A stretch of DNA of 64,000 bases from an uncultured Clostridia bacterium (GCA_964577435.1 CAZNZD010000002.1:27642-91641), one strand, 5' to 3'. Shown: positions 38,878 to 48,715, numbered from the stretch's first letter. The notes: generated from the sequence alone by a model not told the origin. Program-made: numbers and translations.

Positions 38878-40130
38878 ACTGCCATGACGTCAAGCTGAAG
38901 GATGCCTTAAGGGAGGACTCTGGGTCAAGCGCCGGCATGCTGTCGTATGCCCTCGAAAGCTTCGCCAGGGAGATCGACTATGCAAACCAGAACGAGCTGA
39001 TGAAGAAGCTCATCTTGGAGCATTCCCTCATTGCCAGGAGCCTCGAGCTACTTAACGATAGGCTCACTACGAGCAGGCAGATGCTTGCCGAGGCGCAGAA
39101 GATAGCCCTTCTGGGCCGCTGGGACATAGACCTTGCCCAAGGAAGCATTACATGGTCGAAGTCCATGTACGACATACTTGAGCTGGACAGGTCCGTGCCT
39201 GAGTCCTCGGAGCTCTTCTTCTCCTTCGTCCACCCTGAGGACCTAGAGGAGGTAAAGAGACTTTATAAGGAGATGTTCTCGCCAAAGGAGCCGTGGACGA
39301 CGAGATACCGCCTGCTTCTGAGGGACGGGAAGGTGAAGTGGGTCCACCTTAGGTTCTTTACGGCCCAGGATCAGTCCGGGAGGATAAGCAAGCTGTATGG
39401 CACCATACAGGATATAACCGAGATGAAGAAGGTCGAAGACGAGCTGGAAAGGTATAGCCATCAGCTGGAGCAGCTGGTTGAGGCGAAAGTCCAGGAGGTC
39501 ACGGCCTCGCAGATGGCGACCATCTATGCGCTTATCAAGCTCTCGGAATCCAGGGACGACGAGACGGGGGCCCATATCGAGCGGACTGCGAGCTTCTGCC
39601 GACTGCTTGCCGAAAGGGCAAGGACCCTTCCTGAGTACGCGGGGGAGATCGACGACCATTTTACTGAGACAATCTATAAAGCTAGCCCCCTGCACGACAT
39701 AGGGAAGGTCGGCATACCGGACAGCATCCTGCTTAAACCCGGCAAGCTGACAGTTGAGGAGTTCGCCGTGATGAAGACTCACGTGCAGATAGGCTACGAA
39801 ACCCTCGCCAAAGTCGGCCAGCAGTATGACAGGAACGAGTTTCTGAAGATGGGAATGGATATCGCCCTGAATCATCACGAGAAGTGGGACGGCAGCGGTT
39901 ACGGCAGGGGGCTAAAAGGCAGCAGCATACCTTTGTCTGCAAGGATAATGGCGCTTTCGGACGTCTATGATGCGCTTCGCTCAAAAAGGGTTTACAAGGA
40001 GGCGTTCTCTCATGAGAAGAGCTTGCAGATAATGAGCTCAAGCAGGGGAAGCCACTTCGACCCGCTGCTTGTCGATATCTTCCTCCGGCATCATGAGGAA
40101 TTGATGGCCCTGTACGAATCCATCAAGTGA
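38874..40130 (+). CDS. PAS-domain HD-GYP-family phosphodiesterase with the GYP motif degenerate to GYG
   Basis: HDIGKVGIP and HHEKWDGSGYGRGLKG. It overlaps the upstream stop by 4 nt. Confidence 0.8.
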   Translation: MNCHDVKLKDALREDSGSSAGMLSYALESFAREIDYANQNELMKKLILEHSLIARSLELLNDRLTTSRQMLAEAQKIALLGRWDIDLAQGSITWSKSMYDILELDRSVPESSELFFSFVHPEDLEEVKRLYKEMFSPKEPWTTRYRLLLRDGKVKWVHLRFFTAQDQSGRISKLYGTIQDITEMKKVEDELERYSHQLEQLVEAKVQEVTASQMATIYALIKLSESRDDETGAHIERTASFCRLLAERARTLPEYAGEIDDHFTETIYKASPLHDIGKVGIPDSILLKPGKLTVEEFAVMKTHVQIGYETLAKVGQQYDRNEFLKMGMDIALNHHEKWDGSGYGRGLKGSSIPLSARIMALSDVYDALRSKRVYKEAFSHEKSLQIMSSSRGSHFDPLLVDIFLRHHEELMALYESIK

Positions 40131-40574
40131 TTCATAAGACAGTGAAGGCCCCTGTAGACCGCAGATCCCGCTTGCCATGACCGACCATTGCCGGAGCGCT
40201 GATCCTGACGGATAAGCGCTGCTATAGGCATCTGGTACATTTGGCGTGATATTATACCATATTGCGATAACCCCGCAGCCTTGCGGGATCTCTCTAAGAT
40301 CAGCAACCCGCTTCAGGCATCGCTGAAGTCATATGCCCCGGACTTGACTTAGATGGCATCATACTCGCGCGTAGTTATTGCGCATATCACCACATTTATA
40401 AGTATATGGGCATCCGATTGAGATGCGCGCAGCAGCTCGCCGTCGTTCAAGCTGGAAGCTATTTACAGAATATGATTGAAGTTTTTAAATAAACAGGTTA
40501 TCAGATAGGTTCAGATATTGAAAGTACTTGCTTTCTTAGCATTCGGGAATAAAATGTAGGAGTTAGGAAAGAAG

Positions 40575-42479
40575 ATGTTCTCTATGTCTGTCACGGGCTT
40601 CTTAAGGAAGAGCTTAAGAGCGAAGATCCTGCTGGGCTACATGATAATCATCGGTGTGCTCATGATGGCAGGCTTATGGGTGATCCTTAGCACCTTGGCC
40701 ATCGACAGGGCTGTTGAAGCCATCACCATAGACAGCTATAAAAGCCTTGCCGCCGTCCATGCGATGCTGAACTCGCTTGACGAGTTGAGCATGGCTCAGT
40801 CCAGGATGATGATAGATTCCGAATCGCAGGGGATCGATCAAGTCTACATGAAGGTCGATAGATCCTTCAGAGGCAGCCTTTCGACAGCGCAAGGAAATAT
40901 CACGTATCCCGGGGAGAGGGAAGCCCTGCAGGAGATCTCCGCTCAGTACGACAGCTTCATGCGCAGCGTGCTAAGAATCAGCACTTTGATGCAGGTAGTC
41001 AGCTCCGCCGAGGCGGTTGCCGAATACTCTGCCGTCACTGCCACATATTCTAAGATCACAGCCGCGCTGGAGGACCTATATTCCATCAACAACGAGTATA
41101 TGGTCAAGTCCACGAACAATGCCAAGGAGATCGCAGCCAGGGCGATCTCCTCGATTGTGCTTGTCAGCATCGCTGGACTGGGTATCGCGCTTTATCTGGG
41201 GGTTACTGTTTCCAACATCATCATCAAGCCGACCATGCTCCTGACTGAAAGCGCCAGGAAAGTGGCACAAGGAGAGCTTGGGATAATAGCCAGCGTCGGG
41301 TCCGAAGATGAGATCGGCATGCTGGCCAATGAATTCAACGCCATGACCGGGAAGCTTAAGGAGTATGAGGAAGCAAATATTGACAGACTGGTAACCGAGC
41401 AGAGGAAGTCGGAGGCAATAATCGGCTCTATCGCGGACCCGATAATAGTCCTGGATAAGGGCATGAGATGCCTCAGGATCAACCAGGCAGCCCAGTCTGT
41501 CTTCGGGCAGAGCCAGGAGGAAGCCCTGGGAAAGCACGTCCTTGAGCTGATAGATAGCCGCATCGCCCTGGAAGCCGCCCAAAAGTGCCTTGAGCATAAC
41601 AGGGTGCTGTCATTCAGCGGCACAGACAGGATCATCGAGCTTCCTGACGGGGAGAAAAGGAAGTACTACAGGATTGAGGCCGCCCCCTTCGAGGACATCG
41701 GGGCAAAAGCCCAAGGTGTAATCCTCTATCTCGCCGATGTTACCTACTTCAAAGAGGTAGACAAGCTGAAAACCGATTTTGTCTCTACCGCATCGCACGA
41801 GTTCAGGACTCCCCTTGCATCGATGGTTATGGCTTCGGAACTGCTGCTAGAAGAGAAAGCCGGAATACTGACCGATAAGCAGAGAAGGCTTACGCAAATC
41901 ATAAGGGAAGACTGCGCCAGGCTGCAGGAGCTGGTAAGCGAGCTGCTGGATATTTCAAAGCTCGAATCGGGGAGGATGGACTTCAACATGAAGGCCGTGA
42001 AGCTGGAGAATGCGTTCTCTTCATCTGCGTTCTCGCTCCTGCCCCTGTTCAAGGACAAGGGCGTGGAGCTGATAATCGATGATTCCTCCGCGATGCCGGC
42101 TGTCTATGCGGACCCGAAGAAGCTGCCGATAGTGCTTGGAAACTTGCTTTCAAACGCACTTAGGTATACTGACGCGGGCGGAAGCGTGAGAATCAGCACG
42201 GAGGATCTGGGCGATTCAGTGCGCATAAGCATAACCGACACGGGTATCGGCATCCCTGAGAACCTTCAGTCGAGGGTGTTCGAGAGGTTCTTCCAGATGA
42301 AAGGGGACGCCAGCCACCAAACAGGCGGGGCAGGGCTGGGATTGGCCCTGGTCAAAGAGACGGTGGAGGCCATGGGCGGGGGAGTGGAGCTAAGAAGCAA
42401 GCAGGGTGAAGGATCGCAGTTCAGTTTCACGCTGAGGAAAGCTTCAGAACATGATAAGGATGCCGGTATCAGGCCATGA
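40575..42479 (+). CDS. Sensor histidine kinase with a periplasmic helical sensor, HAMP, PAS, HisKA and HATPase
   Basis: H-box SHEFRTPLAS, N-box NLLSNALRYT, G-boxes DTGIGIP and GGAGLGLALV. Confidence 0.8.
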   Translation: MFSMSVTGFLRKSLRAKILLGYMIIIGVLMMAGLWVILSTLAIDRAVEAITIDSYKSLAAVHAMLNSLDELSMAQSRMMIDSESQGIDQVYMKVDRSFRGSLSTAQGNITYPGEREALQEISAQYDSFMRSVLRISTLMQVVSSAEAVAEYSAVTATYSKITAALEDLYSINNEYMVKSTNNAKEIAARAISSIVLVSIAGLGIALYLGVTVSNIIIKPTMLLTESARKVAQGELGIIASVGSEDEIGMLANEFNAMTGKLKEYEEANIDRLVTEQRKSEAIIGSIADPIIVLDKGMRCLRINQAAQSVFGQSQEEALGKHVLELIDSRIALEAAQKCLEHNRVLSFSGTDRIIELPDGEKRKYYRIEAAPFEDIGAKAQGVILYLADVTYFKEVDKLKTDFVSTASHEFRTPLASMVMASELLLEEKAGILTDKQRRLTQIIREDCARLQELVSELLDISKLESGRMDFNMKAVKLENAFSSSAFSLLPLFKDKGVELIIDDSSAMPAVYADPKKLPIVLGNLLSNALRYTDAGGSVRISTEDLGDSVRISITDTGIGIPENLQSRVFERFFQMKGDASHQTGGAGLGLALVKETVEAMGGGVELRSKQGEGSQFSFTLRKASEHDKDAGIRP

Positions 42480-42865
42480 AGAAGATACTTGTCGTCGAGG
42501 ACTCGAGAAATATTGCTGCGATGATATCGCTTTGCCTGGAAGAGCAGGGATACGCGGTCCTTTTGAGCGAAGACGGCATCGAAGCTGTCCGCTCTGCCTT
42601 CGAAGATGCTCCGGACCTCGTGCTTCTGGACCTTGTATTGCCCAGGATGAGCGGACTGACCGTTCTAAGGGCGCTGCGGGACAATCCTATGACTTCAGGT
42701 ATGCCTGTTATAGTAATCAGCGCACGTGCGCAGAAGGAAGACATCCAGGAAGCATACAGCCTTGGGGCAGATGATTATCTGGTGAAACCTTTTACGCCTT
42801 CGGAGCTGACCGAGCGAATATCTAGCCTCTTAAGGAGGGATATGGATGAGAATCCTAATAGTTGA
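42476..42865 (+). CDS. Single-domain CheY-like response regulator
   Basis: KILVVEDS...LLDLVLP...DYLVKPF. It overlaps the kinase stop by 4 nt. Confidence 0.8.
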   Translation: MKKILVVEDSRNIAAMISLCLEEQGYAVLLSEDGIEAVRSAFEDAPDLVLLDLVLPRMSGLTVLRALRDNPMTSGMPVIVISARAQKEDIQEAYSLGADDYLVKPFTPSELTERISSLLRRDMDENPNS

Positions 42866-43538
42866 CGATGATGCGAACATAAGGGCGATGATAAGGGAAT
42901 GCCTTGATGAACCAGGCAATATAATTGTCGAGGCCTCGTCGGGGGAAGAGGCTGTGGCCGAGGTCGAAGCCGCATCGGCTCCCTTCGATGTAGCGCTGCT
43001 CGACATGAAGATGCCAGGCATGGGCGGATTGCAGGCTCTAAGGCAGATGAAACGCCTGAGGCCGGACCAACAGGTCGTGATGATCACAGCTTACGGGACG
43101 GTAGAGACGGCGGTTGAGGCATTGAAGCTGGGAGCAGTGGATTACCTTAGGAAGCCTTTCACCACCAAGGATCTGAGGGAGATCGTCAAGCAGGTCTCCT
43201 CCAGGCCCGATTTCAAGGACATTGTCGGCCAGGGGGAGTCGGTAAGCAAGAAGACTGAGCGCAAGGACCTGATCTCCGCGGTGAAGAGCCTGCTTGTCTA
43301 CGGAAAAGCCGAGGAAGCTATGGCGCTTCTGCAGAGGATGGTGGGGGAGAACCCTGATGACCCAGAGGCATACAATCTTCTCGGGCTGCTCATGGAGGTC
43401 AAGGGGGACGTCCTGTCGGCCCAGAGGATGTACAGGGCTGCGCTCAGCCTGAATCCGAACTATGAGCCCGCAAGGGAGAACCTGGCGAACACGACCGAGA
43501 TGAGGTACCGCAATCAGAACACATTGAAGATCAGGTGA
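42846..43538 (+). CDS. Response regulator receiver fused to TPR repeats
   Basis: RILIVDDD...LLDMKMPG...DYLRKPF followed by a TPR-like C-terminus (AYNLLGLLMEVKGD..AQRMYRAALSLNPNYEPA). SD AAGGAGGG, with a 20-nt overlap of the upstream gene. Confidence 0.75.
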   Translation: MRILIVDDDANIRAMIRECLDEPGNIIVEASSGEEAVAEVEAASAPFDVALLDMKMPGMGGLQALRQMKRLRPDQQVVMITAYGTVETAVEALKLGAVDYLRKPFTTKDLREIVKQVSSRPDFKDIVGQGESVSKKTERKDLISAVKSLLVYGKAEEAMALLQRMVGENPDDPEAYNLLGLLMEVKGDVLSAQRMYRAALSLNPNYEPARENLANTTEMRYRNQNTLKIR

Positions 43539-43570
43539 GCTGGGCATCAGCCTGGACAGGGGTGGTTTTA

Positions 43571-44005
43571 ATGTATATCGTCATCGCGGGATGTGGCAGG
43601 CTGGGATCCTTCCTTGCTGCATCCCTATCCGGGAAGGGCCATGATGTTGCTGTGATCGACAGCGATTCAGGGAATTTCTCCAGCTTGACCTCAGGGTTCG
43701 ATGGGATAACCGTAACCGGCGTCCCGATCGATGAGGACATATTAAGAAAGGCCGGAATCGAGAAGGCGGATATCATGGCCGCCGTGACTCAGGATGATAA
43801 TCTCAACATCATGGCGGCCCAGATAGCCGAGAAGATCTTCAAAGTGGGGAAGGTGCTTGTCCGGATAGGAGACCCGCAGAAAGAGGAGTTCTTCGCCAAG
43901 AATTACGGATTGAGCACAGTATCGCTGATAATCCTGGGCTCGGACTATATAGAAAGGGTGATTGGGACCTCCCCAGTAAGAAACGGCGAGGTGAACGCCA
44001 GATGA
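43571..44005 (+). CDS. TrkA-N NAD-binding domain protein (K+ transport regulatory subunit)
   Basis: MYIVIAGCGRLGSFLA is a Rossmann GxGxxG motif. ORF track is 43535..44005. ATG 43571 follows AGGGGTGG. Confidence 0.7.
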   Translation: MYIVIAGCGRLGSFLAASLSGKGHDVAVIDSDSGNFSSLTSGFDGITVTGVPIDEDILRKAGIEKADIMAAVTQDDNLNIMAAQIAEKIFKVGKVLVRIGDPQKEEFFAKNYGLSTVSLIILGSDYIERVIGTSPVRNGEVNAR

Positions 44006-44661
44006 ATATCGTCATTGTCGGTGGAGGCAAGGTCGGCTACTACCTTGTAAAGACCCTATCCGAATCCGGGAATCACAGCATAACGCTTCTTGAGAAGGAC
44101 CCGGAGCGCTGCATGGACATCGCGGAGGAGCTGGACTGCCTGGTCATCCGGGCAGACGGGACGGATATCGATGCGCTTGCCCAGGCCAGGGCTAGTGATG
44201 CCGATGTCCTGGTGGCGGTATCGGGCCAGGACCAAGATAACCTGGTTTCCTGTCAGATAGCCAAGACGAAATATGGGATAGGCAAGACCATAGCCAGGGT
44301 GAATAACCCCAAGAACCATGACGTCTTCAAGCTCCTGGGAGTTGACACCACCGTCAGCAGCACGGGAATCATCGCAGAACTCATCGAAGGGGAGCTCTCC
44401 GCAGGTGCCACGCAGACGCTTCTTATGTTCGAAGGCGGGGAGCTTGAGCTGATGGAGGCAGAGGTGAAGGAGAAATCCAGATTGGCCGGGAATGCCATCT
44501 CCCGCCTTGGCATACCTGCCGATTGCATAGTTATTGCCATCTACAGGGCAGGGCACTTCCTGATACCCACGGGTTCCACTGAGCTTATGCCCTGCGACCG
44601 CGTGATGGCTCTGACATTGTCGAGGAACAGGAAGAGCGTGGCCTCCTTTTTCTCAAAGTAG
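44002..44661 (+). CDS. trkA: TrkA/KtrA potassium uptake protein with TrkA-N and TrkA-C domains
   Basis: MNIVIVGGGKVGYYL Rossmann motif plus a C-terminal RCK_C region. It overlaps the upstream stop by 4 nt. Confidence 0.8.
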   Translation: MNIVIVGGGKVGYYLVKTLSESGNHSITLLEKDPERCMDIAEELDCLVIRADGTDIDALAQARASDADVLVAVSGQDQDNLVSCQIAKTKYGIGKTIARVNNPKNHDVFKLLGVDTTVSSTGIIAELIEGELSAGATQTLLMFEGGELELMEAEVKEKSRLAGNAISRLGIPADCIVIAIYRAGHFLIPTGSTELMPCDRVMALTLSRNRKSVASFFSK

Positions 44662-44670
44662 GGGATGAAA

Positions 44671-44796
44671 ATGAGCAAAGGGACTATTAGGAGATATAAC
44701 TGGTTAGGCGGGCTCATCTCTGAGGCCTCCTATGCTGTGCTTTGCATGCTGATTGGAGCAGCAGCCTGCCTGCTGGCGGCAGCTGCCCTGAAGTGA
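44671..44796 (+). CDS. Candidate 41-aa single-TM micro-protein between trkA and trkH
   Basis: ATG sits 10 nt after the trkA stop and follows AGGGGATG. The product MSKGTIRRYNWLGGLISEASYAVLCMLIGAAACLLAAAALK is hydrophobic. Its stop is 11 nt before the probable trkH GTG start. Confidence 0.3.
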   Translation: MSKGTIRRYNWLGGLISEASYAVLCMLIGAAACLLAAAALK

Positions 44797-44807
44797 GGGT
44801 TAATGCA

Positions 44808-46316
44808 GTGACTACGAAGCTTTCTGACATCAGGGTGATCTCATATTATACAGGCAGGGTGATCCAGGGGGTTGCCCTTCTTATGGCGATTCCGATGGCC
44901 ACTTCGGCCTTGTATGGCGAATGGAGCTGTGCGCTGGATTTCCTAATCGGCGGGCTTGCTTCATGGTGCATAGGCAGGCTGCTGCAGTTTGCTGGCAACC
45001 GCGAGGGACAGCTGGGATGGATTCACGGCATGGTGGTATCGTCAATCTCATGGATAATCGCCATGGCCCTAGCAGCGATCCCATATGCGCTGAGCGGGCA
45101 CTTCCTGAGCTATCTTGATGCTATGTTCGATGCGATGAGCGGCTTCACTACCACAGGATTGGTGCTTGCACAGGATATTGACCACCTCTCGATGGGCATG
45201 AACATGTGGAGGCACATCATCACCTTCGTAGGAGGGCAGGGGATGGTGGTGCTGGCCCTGACCTTCCTGTTCAAGACATCGGCGGGCGGATACAAGATGT
45301 ATGTCGGGGAGGGCAAGGATGAGCGGCTTATGCCCAGCGTCCTCCACACCTCCAAGGAGATCTGGAAGATCAGCCTGATTTACATGTGCATGGGCACAGC
45401 GGCCCTATGGCTTGCAGGGCTGTACATAGGACTTGAACCACTAAGGGCGTTCTGGCATGGCCTCTGGATCTTCATGGCAGCATGGAGCACAGGAGGATTC
45501 GCCCCCCAGTCTCAGAACATACTCTTCTACCATAGCCTCGTTTACGAGGTAGTTACAGTCATCATCTTCATAATAGGCTCGCTGAACTTCGCCCTGCATT
45601 ACTCCGTCTGGAGCGGAGACAGGAAGGAAACGTTCAGGAACATCGAGACTGCCTCCATGCTGGCGACGCTGACCATCCTTGGCGCCCTTGCTGCTTACGC
45701 ATTAGGAAAGACCGGGGCATATACGTCAGCGCTTTCACTTTTCAGGAAGGGATTCTATAACCTGGTCTCGGGGCACACCACGACCGGATTCATGACAATC
45801 TACGCGCAGCAGTTCATCAATGAGTGGGGAGACGTAGCGCTGTGGGCGCTTTGCATCGCCATGCTTATCGGAGGAAGCGCCTGCTCGACTGCCGGCGGTT
45901 TCAAAGGATTGAGGGTCGGCATCGTCTTTAAGGAACTGATACACGAGGCGCGCAGGCTGATGGCCCCGGAGAGCGCCGTCATAGTGCAGAAATATCGGCA
46001 TATAAAGGATACTGCGCTGGACGATAAGGTCGTGAAGTCGGCTATGATCGTGATAATCCTGTACATCGCAACTTTCTCATTGGGAACGCTAGGAGGGCTG
46101 CTGTCCGGATACAGCGCGCGCGAAGCAATTTTCGAAGCGGCCTCTGTAACGGGCAATGTGGGATTGTCTTGCGGTGTGACTGTCCCGGGGATGCCCGATA
46201 TGCTGAAGGTCCTTTACATCCTGATCATGTGGGTGGCAAGGCTTGAGTTCATGTCTGTGATCGCTTTGGTAAGCTTCGCGCTGACTGGTTCCAACGGAAG
46301 GAGGGCAAAGGCATGA
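44808..46316 (+). CDS. trkH: TrkH/KtrB-family K+ transporter membrane subunit
   Basis: Polytopic ORF with repeated M-P-M selectivity-like segments. ORF track is 44742..46316. GTG 44808 after GAGGG is equally plausible. Confidence 0.75.
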   Translation: MTTKLSDIRVISYYTGRVIQGVALLMAIPMATSALYGEWSCALDFLIGGLASWCIGRLLQFAGNREGQLGWIHGMVVSSISWIIAMALAAIPYALSGHFLSYLDAMFDAMSGFTTTGLVLAQDIDHLSMGMNMWRHIITFVGGQGMVVLALTFLFKTSAGGYKMYVGEGKDERLMPSVLHTSKEIWKISLIYMCMGTAALWLAGLYIGLEPLRAFWHGLWIFMAAWSTGGFAPQSQNILFYHSLVYEVVTVIIFIIGSLNFALHYSVWSGDRKETFRNIETASMLATLTILGALAAYALGKTGAYTSALSLFRKGFYNLVSGHTTTGFMTIYAQQFINEWGDVALWALCIAMLIGGSACSTAGGFKGLRVGIVFKELIHEARRLMAPESAVIVQKYRHIKDTALDDKVVKSAMIVIILYIATFSLGTLGGLLSGYSAREAIFEAASVTGNVGLSCGVTVPGMPDMLKVLYILIMWVARLEFMSVIALVSFALTGSNGRRAKA

Positions 46317-46804
46317 AAGTGACCCTTCTAGCCTTGATCATAATTGTATTCAGCACTTTTGCTGCCTCTGGATCGGAGTTGGTATCCTGCCAACAGCTAG
46401 TTAACGAGGCCGGAGCGTGGGATGGCAAGATGGTCTCCATATCAGGGGAAGTCGTAGGTGACATCCTGCATGTCTCTGGTCACGTCTGGCTGAACGTAAA
46501 CGACGGTACCAATGCGATCGGCGTCTGGGGGGATTCGGGCCTCGTGGAGGAATTCAGGATCGTGCCTGGAAGATACGAAACTATAGGTACGAGACTCAAC
46601 ATAGAGGGGGAGTTTCACCGCACCTGCAGCCTGCATTCAGGCGAGACTGACATTCATCTGACGAAGGCGGCCCTGCTGAAGGATGCGGAGGAAGTGGCTC
46701 ACCCTGTGAACCGGGGAAGGCTGATAATTGCGTCCTCTCTGTTTGCCTTGAGCATGCTGCTTGCGCTCCCCGGCAGATTAAGAAGGAGGATTAGGCCCCG
46801 ATAA
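46313..46804 (+). CDS. Hypothetical secreted or C-terminally anchored protein, possibly OB-fold
   Basis: Signal peptide MKVTLLALIIIVFSTFAASG and a C-terminal TM helix (LIIASSLFALSMLLALP). It overlaps the trkH stop (ATGA). Confidence 0.45.
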   Translation: MKVTLLALIIIVFSTFAASGSELVSCQQLVNEAGAWDGKMVSISGEVVGDILHVSGHVWLNVNDGTNAIGVWGDSGLVEEFRIVPGRYETIGTRLNIEGEFHRTCSLHSGETDIHLTKAALLKDAEEVAHPVNRGRLIIASSLFALSMLLALPGRLRRRIRPR

Positions 46805-46982
46805 TGCGAAAGGTGTTCCGCCATTACGGAACTGCACTGTGACTGCACTCGAAACGTAAGCCCTCGTACATGCGCCATAAATGGCTGTATGATTAGATAG
46901 AGCATTCAGTGCCGATTGCAATCCATCAGTGCCAGGATATTCAGCATGATGATCGCTGCTTAGAATGGGAGGTGTGGTTCAA

Positions 46983-48167
46983 TTGGGAAGACGCCTTGCG
47001 TTATACGGTATAGCTGCACTTATACTGGCTGAAGCCGTCCTCGGCGCAGCCGCGCTCGCGACGGGAGCCTCCGCTTCATCTCAAGCGACGGCTCAGGAGG
47101 AGGCTACTGTAAGGACCGACCTTCCACCCGACATCCTCGCCTGGCTCTCGTTGATGCCGGAGCTTGCCAATGCGAAAGCCCCTTCATGGCTTAAAGTAGG
47201 CACAAAGATCACATACCATGTAATGTCAGCCGCCAGGGAGGGTGACAACAGCCCTGCAGGAGAGAGCATCGTCCAGTACGATGTCGTCTCTAACGACGGT
47301 GCCACGGTATTGGCAGCCGCAGCGGTGCACGTAATCGGAAGCGGAGGGTCATTAGCCGCACCACGCGACACCGGCTTCATTGCCGGCGTGCCCGGCGTGG
47401 GAGATGCATGGATGGATCCTGCCGCGCTGGCGAAGGCGGAGAAGCATGCAACCAAGGACCTGACAATCACGCACACCTCGACCAACGTCAACGGCGTCGC
47501 TACCAAAGCAGTCAGGTTCGAATACATCCAGGGGGCGTCACGCAGCGTGAGCGTATTCGACGAGGCGAAGGGGATGCTTCTGTATAGGATCCAGGCATCG
47601 GGCAATATGGATACTGCGAAGCAGAGCAGCATAGTCTCGGAGTTCATGTCAGTAAGGCAGCCTATGGCCGCATGGACCGGAGGGACGACCCCCGCCTGGG
47701 CGCAAGCTGGGAAGCTGCTCAGGTATGAGGGCGGCGTTACCGTGAACGTGATGTACGGTTCGCCGGGCACTCAGCTTCCACTAGTGATGCTCTGCACCGT
47801 AACCAATTCCTCCCCTGCCGGGGTGCTGGTGAAATGGGAGACCTACATCAGCGGGGCCAAGACTGAGGAACGCTACTCGCTGTACTCCTCGGCGTTGCCC
47901 TCGGGCGGCATCTTCCTTCCTTCTGCTGCCCTCAATACGTTGAAAGCGGGCAAGGTACTTGATGCGGACCCGATAACAGGCATGGCGGTATCGGTGGCTC
48001 AATCGCTGATAAGCTCTGACGGCATGCAGCTTCTTGCTATTGTTCATGAGGGCAGAAGCTTCAAGCGCGTGTACGGTTATGACAGGCAGACCGGGATGCT
48101 CTCCTATTACAGCGAAACCTCCCAAGACGGCACGGCATCAGTCAAGACGGAGCTTAGGCTCAGATAA
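46983..48167 (+). CDS. Secreted hypothetical protein, paralog C of the 3299/4458 family
   Basis: PSWLKVGTKITYHV...IVQYDVVSNDG parallels PGWLVPGLRVVYKV...YLIYDVVDVKG. The C-terminal GYDRQTGMLSYYSE parallels SLKTGYMVRMHQLP. TTG 46983 follows GGGAGG. Track ORF is 46965..48167. Confidence 0.5.
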   Translation: MGRRLALYGIAALILAEAVLGAAALATGASASSQATAQEEATVRTDLPPDILAWLSLMPELANAKAPSWLKVGTKITYHVMSAAREGDNSPAGESIVQYDVVSNDGATVLAAAAVHVIGSGGSLAAPRDTGFIAGVPGVGDAWMDPAALAKAEKHATKDLTITHTSTNVNGVATKAVRFEYIQGASRSVSVFDEAKGMLLYRIQASGNMDTAKQSSIVSEFMSVRQPMAAWTGGTTPAWAQAGKLLRYEGGVTVNVMYGSPGTQLPLVMLCTVTNSSPAGVLVKWETYISGAKTEERYSLYSSALPSGGIFLPSAALNTLKAGKVLDADPITGMAVSVAQSLISSDGMQLLAIVHEGRSFKRVYGYDRQTGMLSYYSETSQDGTASVKTELRLR

Positions 48168-48205
48168 AGCCGGACCGATGAAGATGCCTTCCGTCAGGAA
48201 GATGA

Positions 48206-48715
48206 TTGCTGATAAGCTTGATTTGGGAATTCGATAAGGCGGGGGACATCTTGGTGGGCAGTAGCGACGGCAGGATAACAAGGCGCGCCGAGCGGCGGGA
48301 TGCAGGGGATCTGACCAGGCTGGCGTCAGCTCTCTGGCCGGATCACGACCTGGCGGAGCTCAGCGCGGAGATGGATGGCATCCTTATGGGCGATGAGGAG
48401 GCGGCTTTCATCTGCATGTACGGAGACAAGCCGGCCGGCTTTGCCCATTGCACCCTCAGACGGGACTATGTGGAAGGGTCTGAGGAAAGCCCTACGGCCT
48501 ACCTGGAGGGCATCTTCGTGGTACCGGAGCATCGGGGCGAGGGCATTGCGTCAGAACTGCTGATGCGTTGCGAGGGCTGGGCTTTGGAGATGGGGTGTGC
48601 CGAAATCGCCAGCGATTGCGAGCTGGGAAACCTTGATAGCGAGAGGTTCCACCTCCGCTCGGGCTTCTCTGAGGCTAATCGCGTAATTTGCTTCATCAAG
48701 AGGCTCAAAACTTAG
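48206..48715 (+). CDS. GNAT acetyltransferase, aminoglycoside 6'-N-acetyltransferase-like
   Basis: LWPDH...EGIFVVPEHRGEGIASELL is a GNAT motif A. Confidence 0.6.
   Translation: MLISLIWEFDKAGDILVGSSDGRITRRAERRDAGDLTRLASALWPDHDLAELSAEMDGILMGDEEAAFICMYGDKPAGFAHCTLRRDYVEGSEESPTAYLEGIFVVPEHRGEGIASELLMRCEGWALEMGCAEIASDCELGNLDSERFHLRSGFSEANRVICFIKRLKT

Noticed and set aside
46805-46964. Short direct repeats (actgcact-gtg-actgcact, and tcagtgcc twice) upstream of paralog C
   Set aside because: Too short and irregular to call a repeat element. It is likely promoter-region low complexity.
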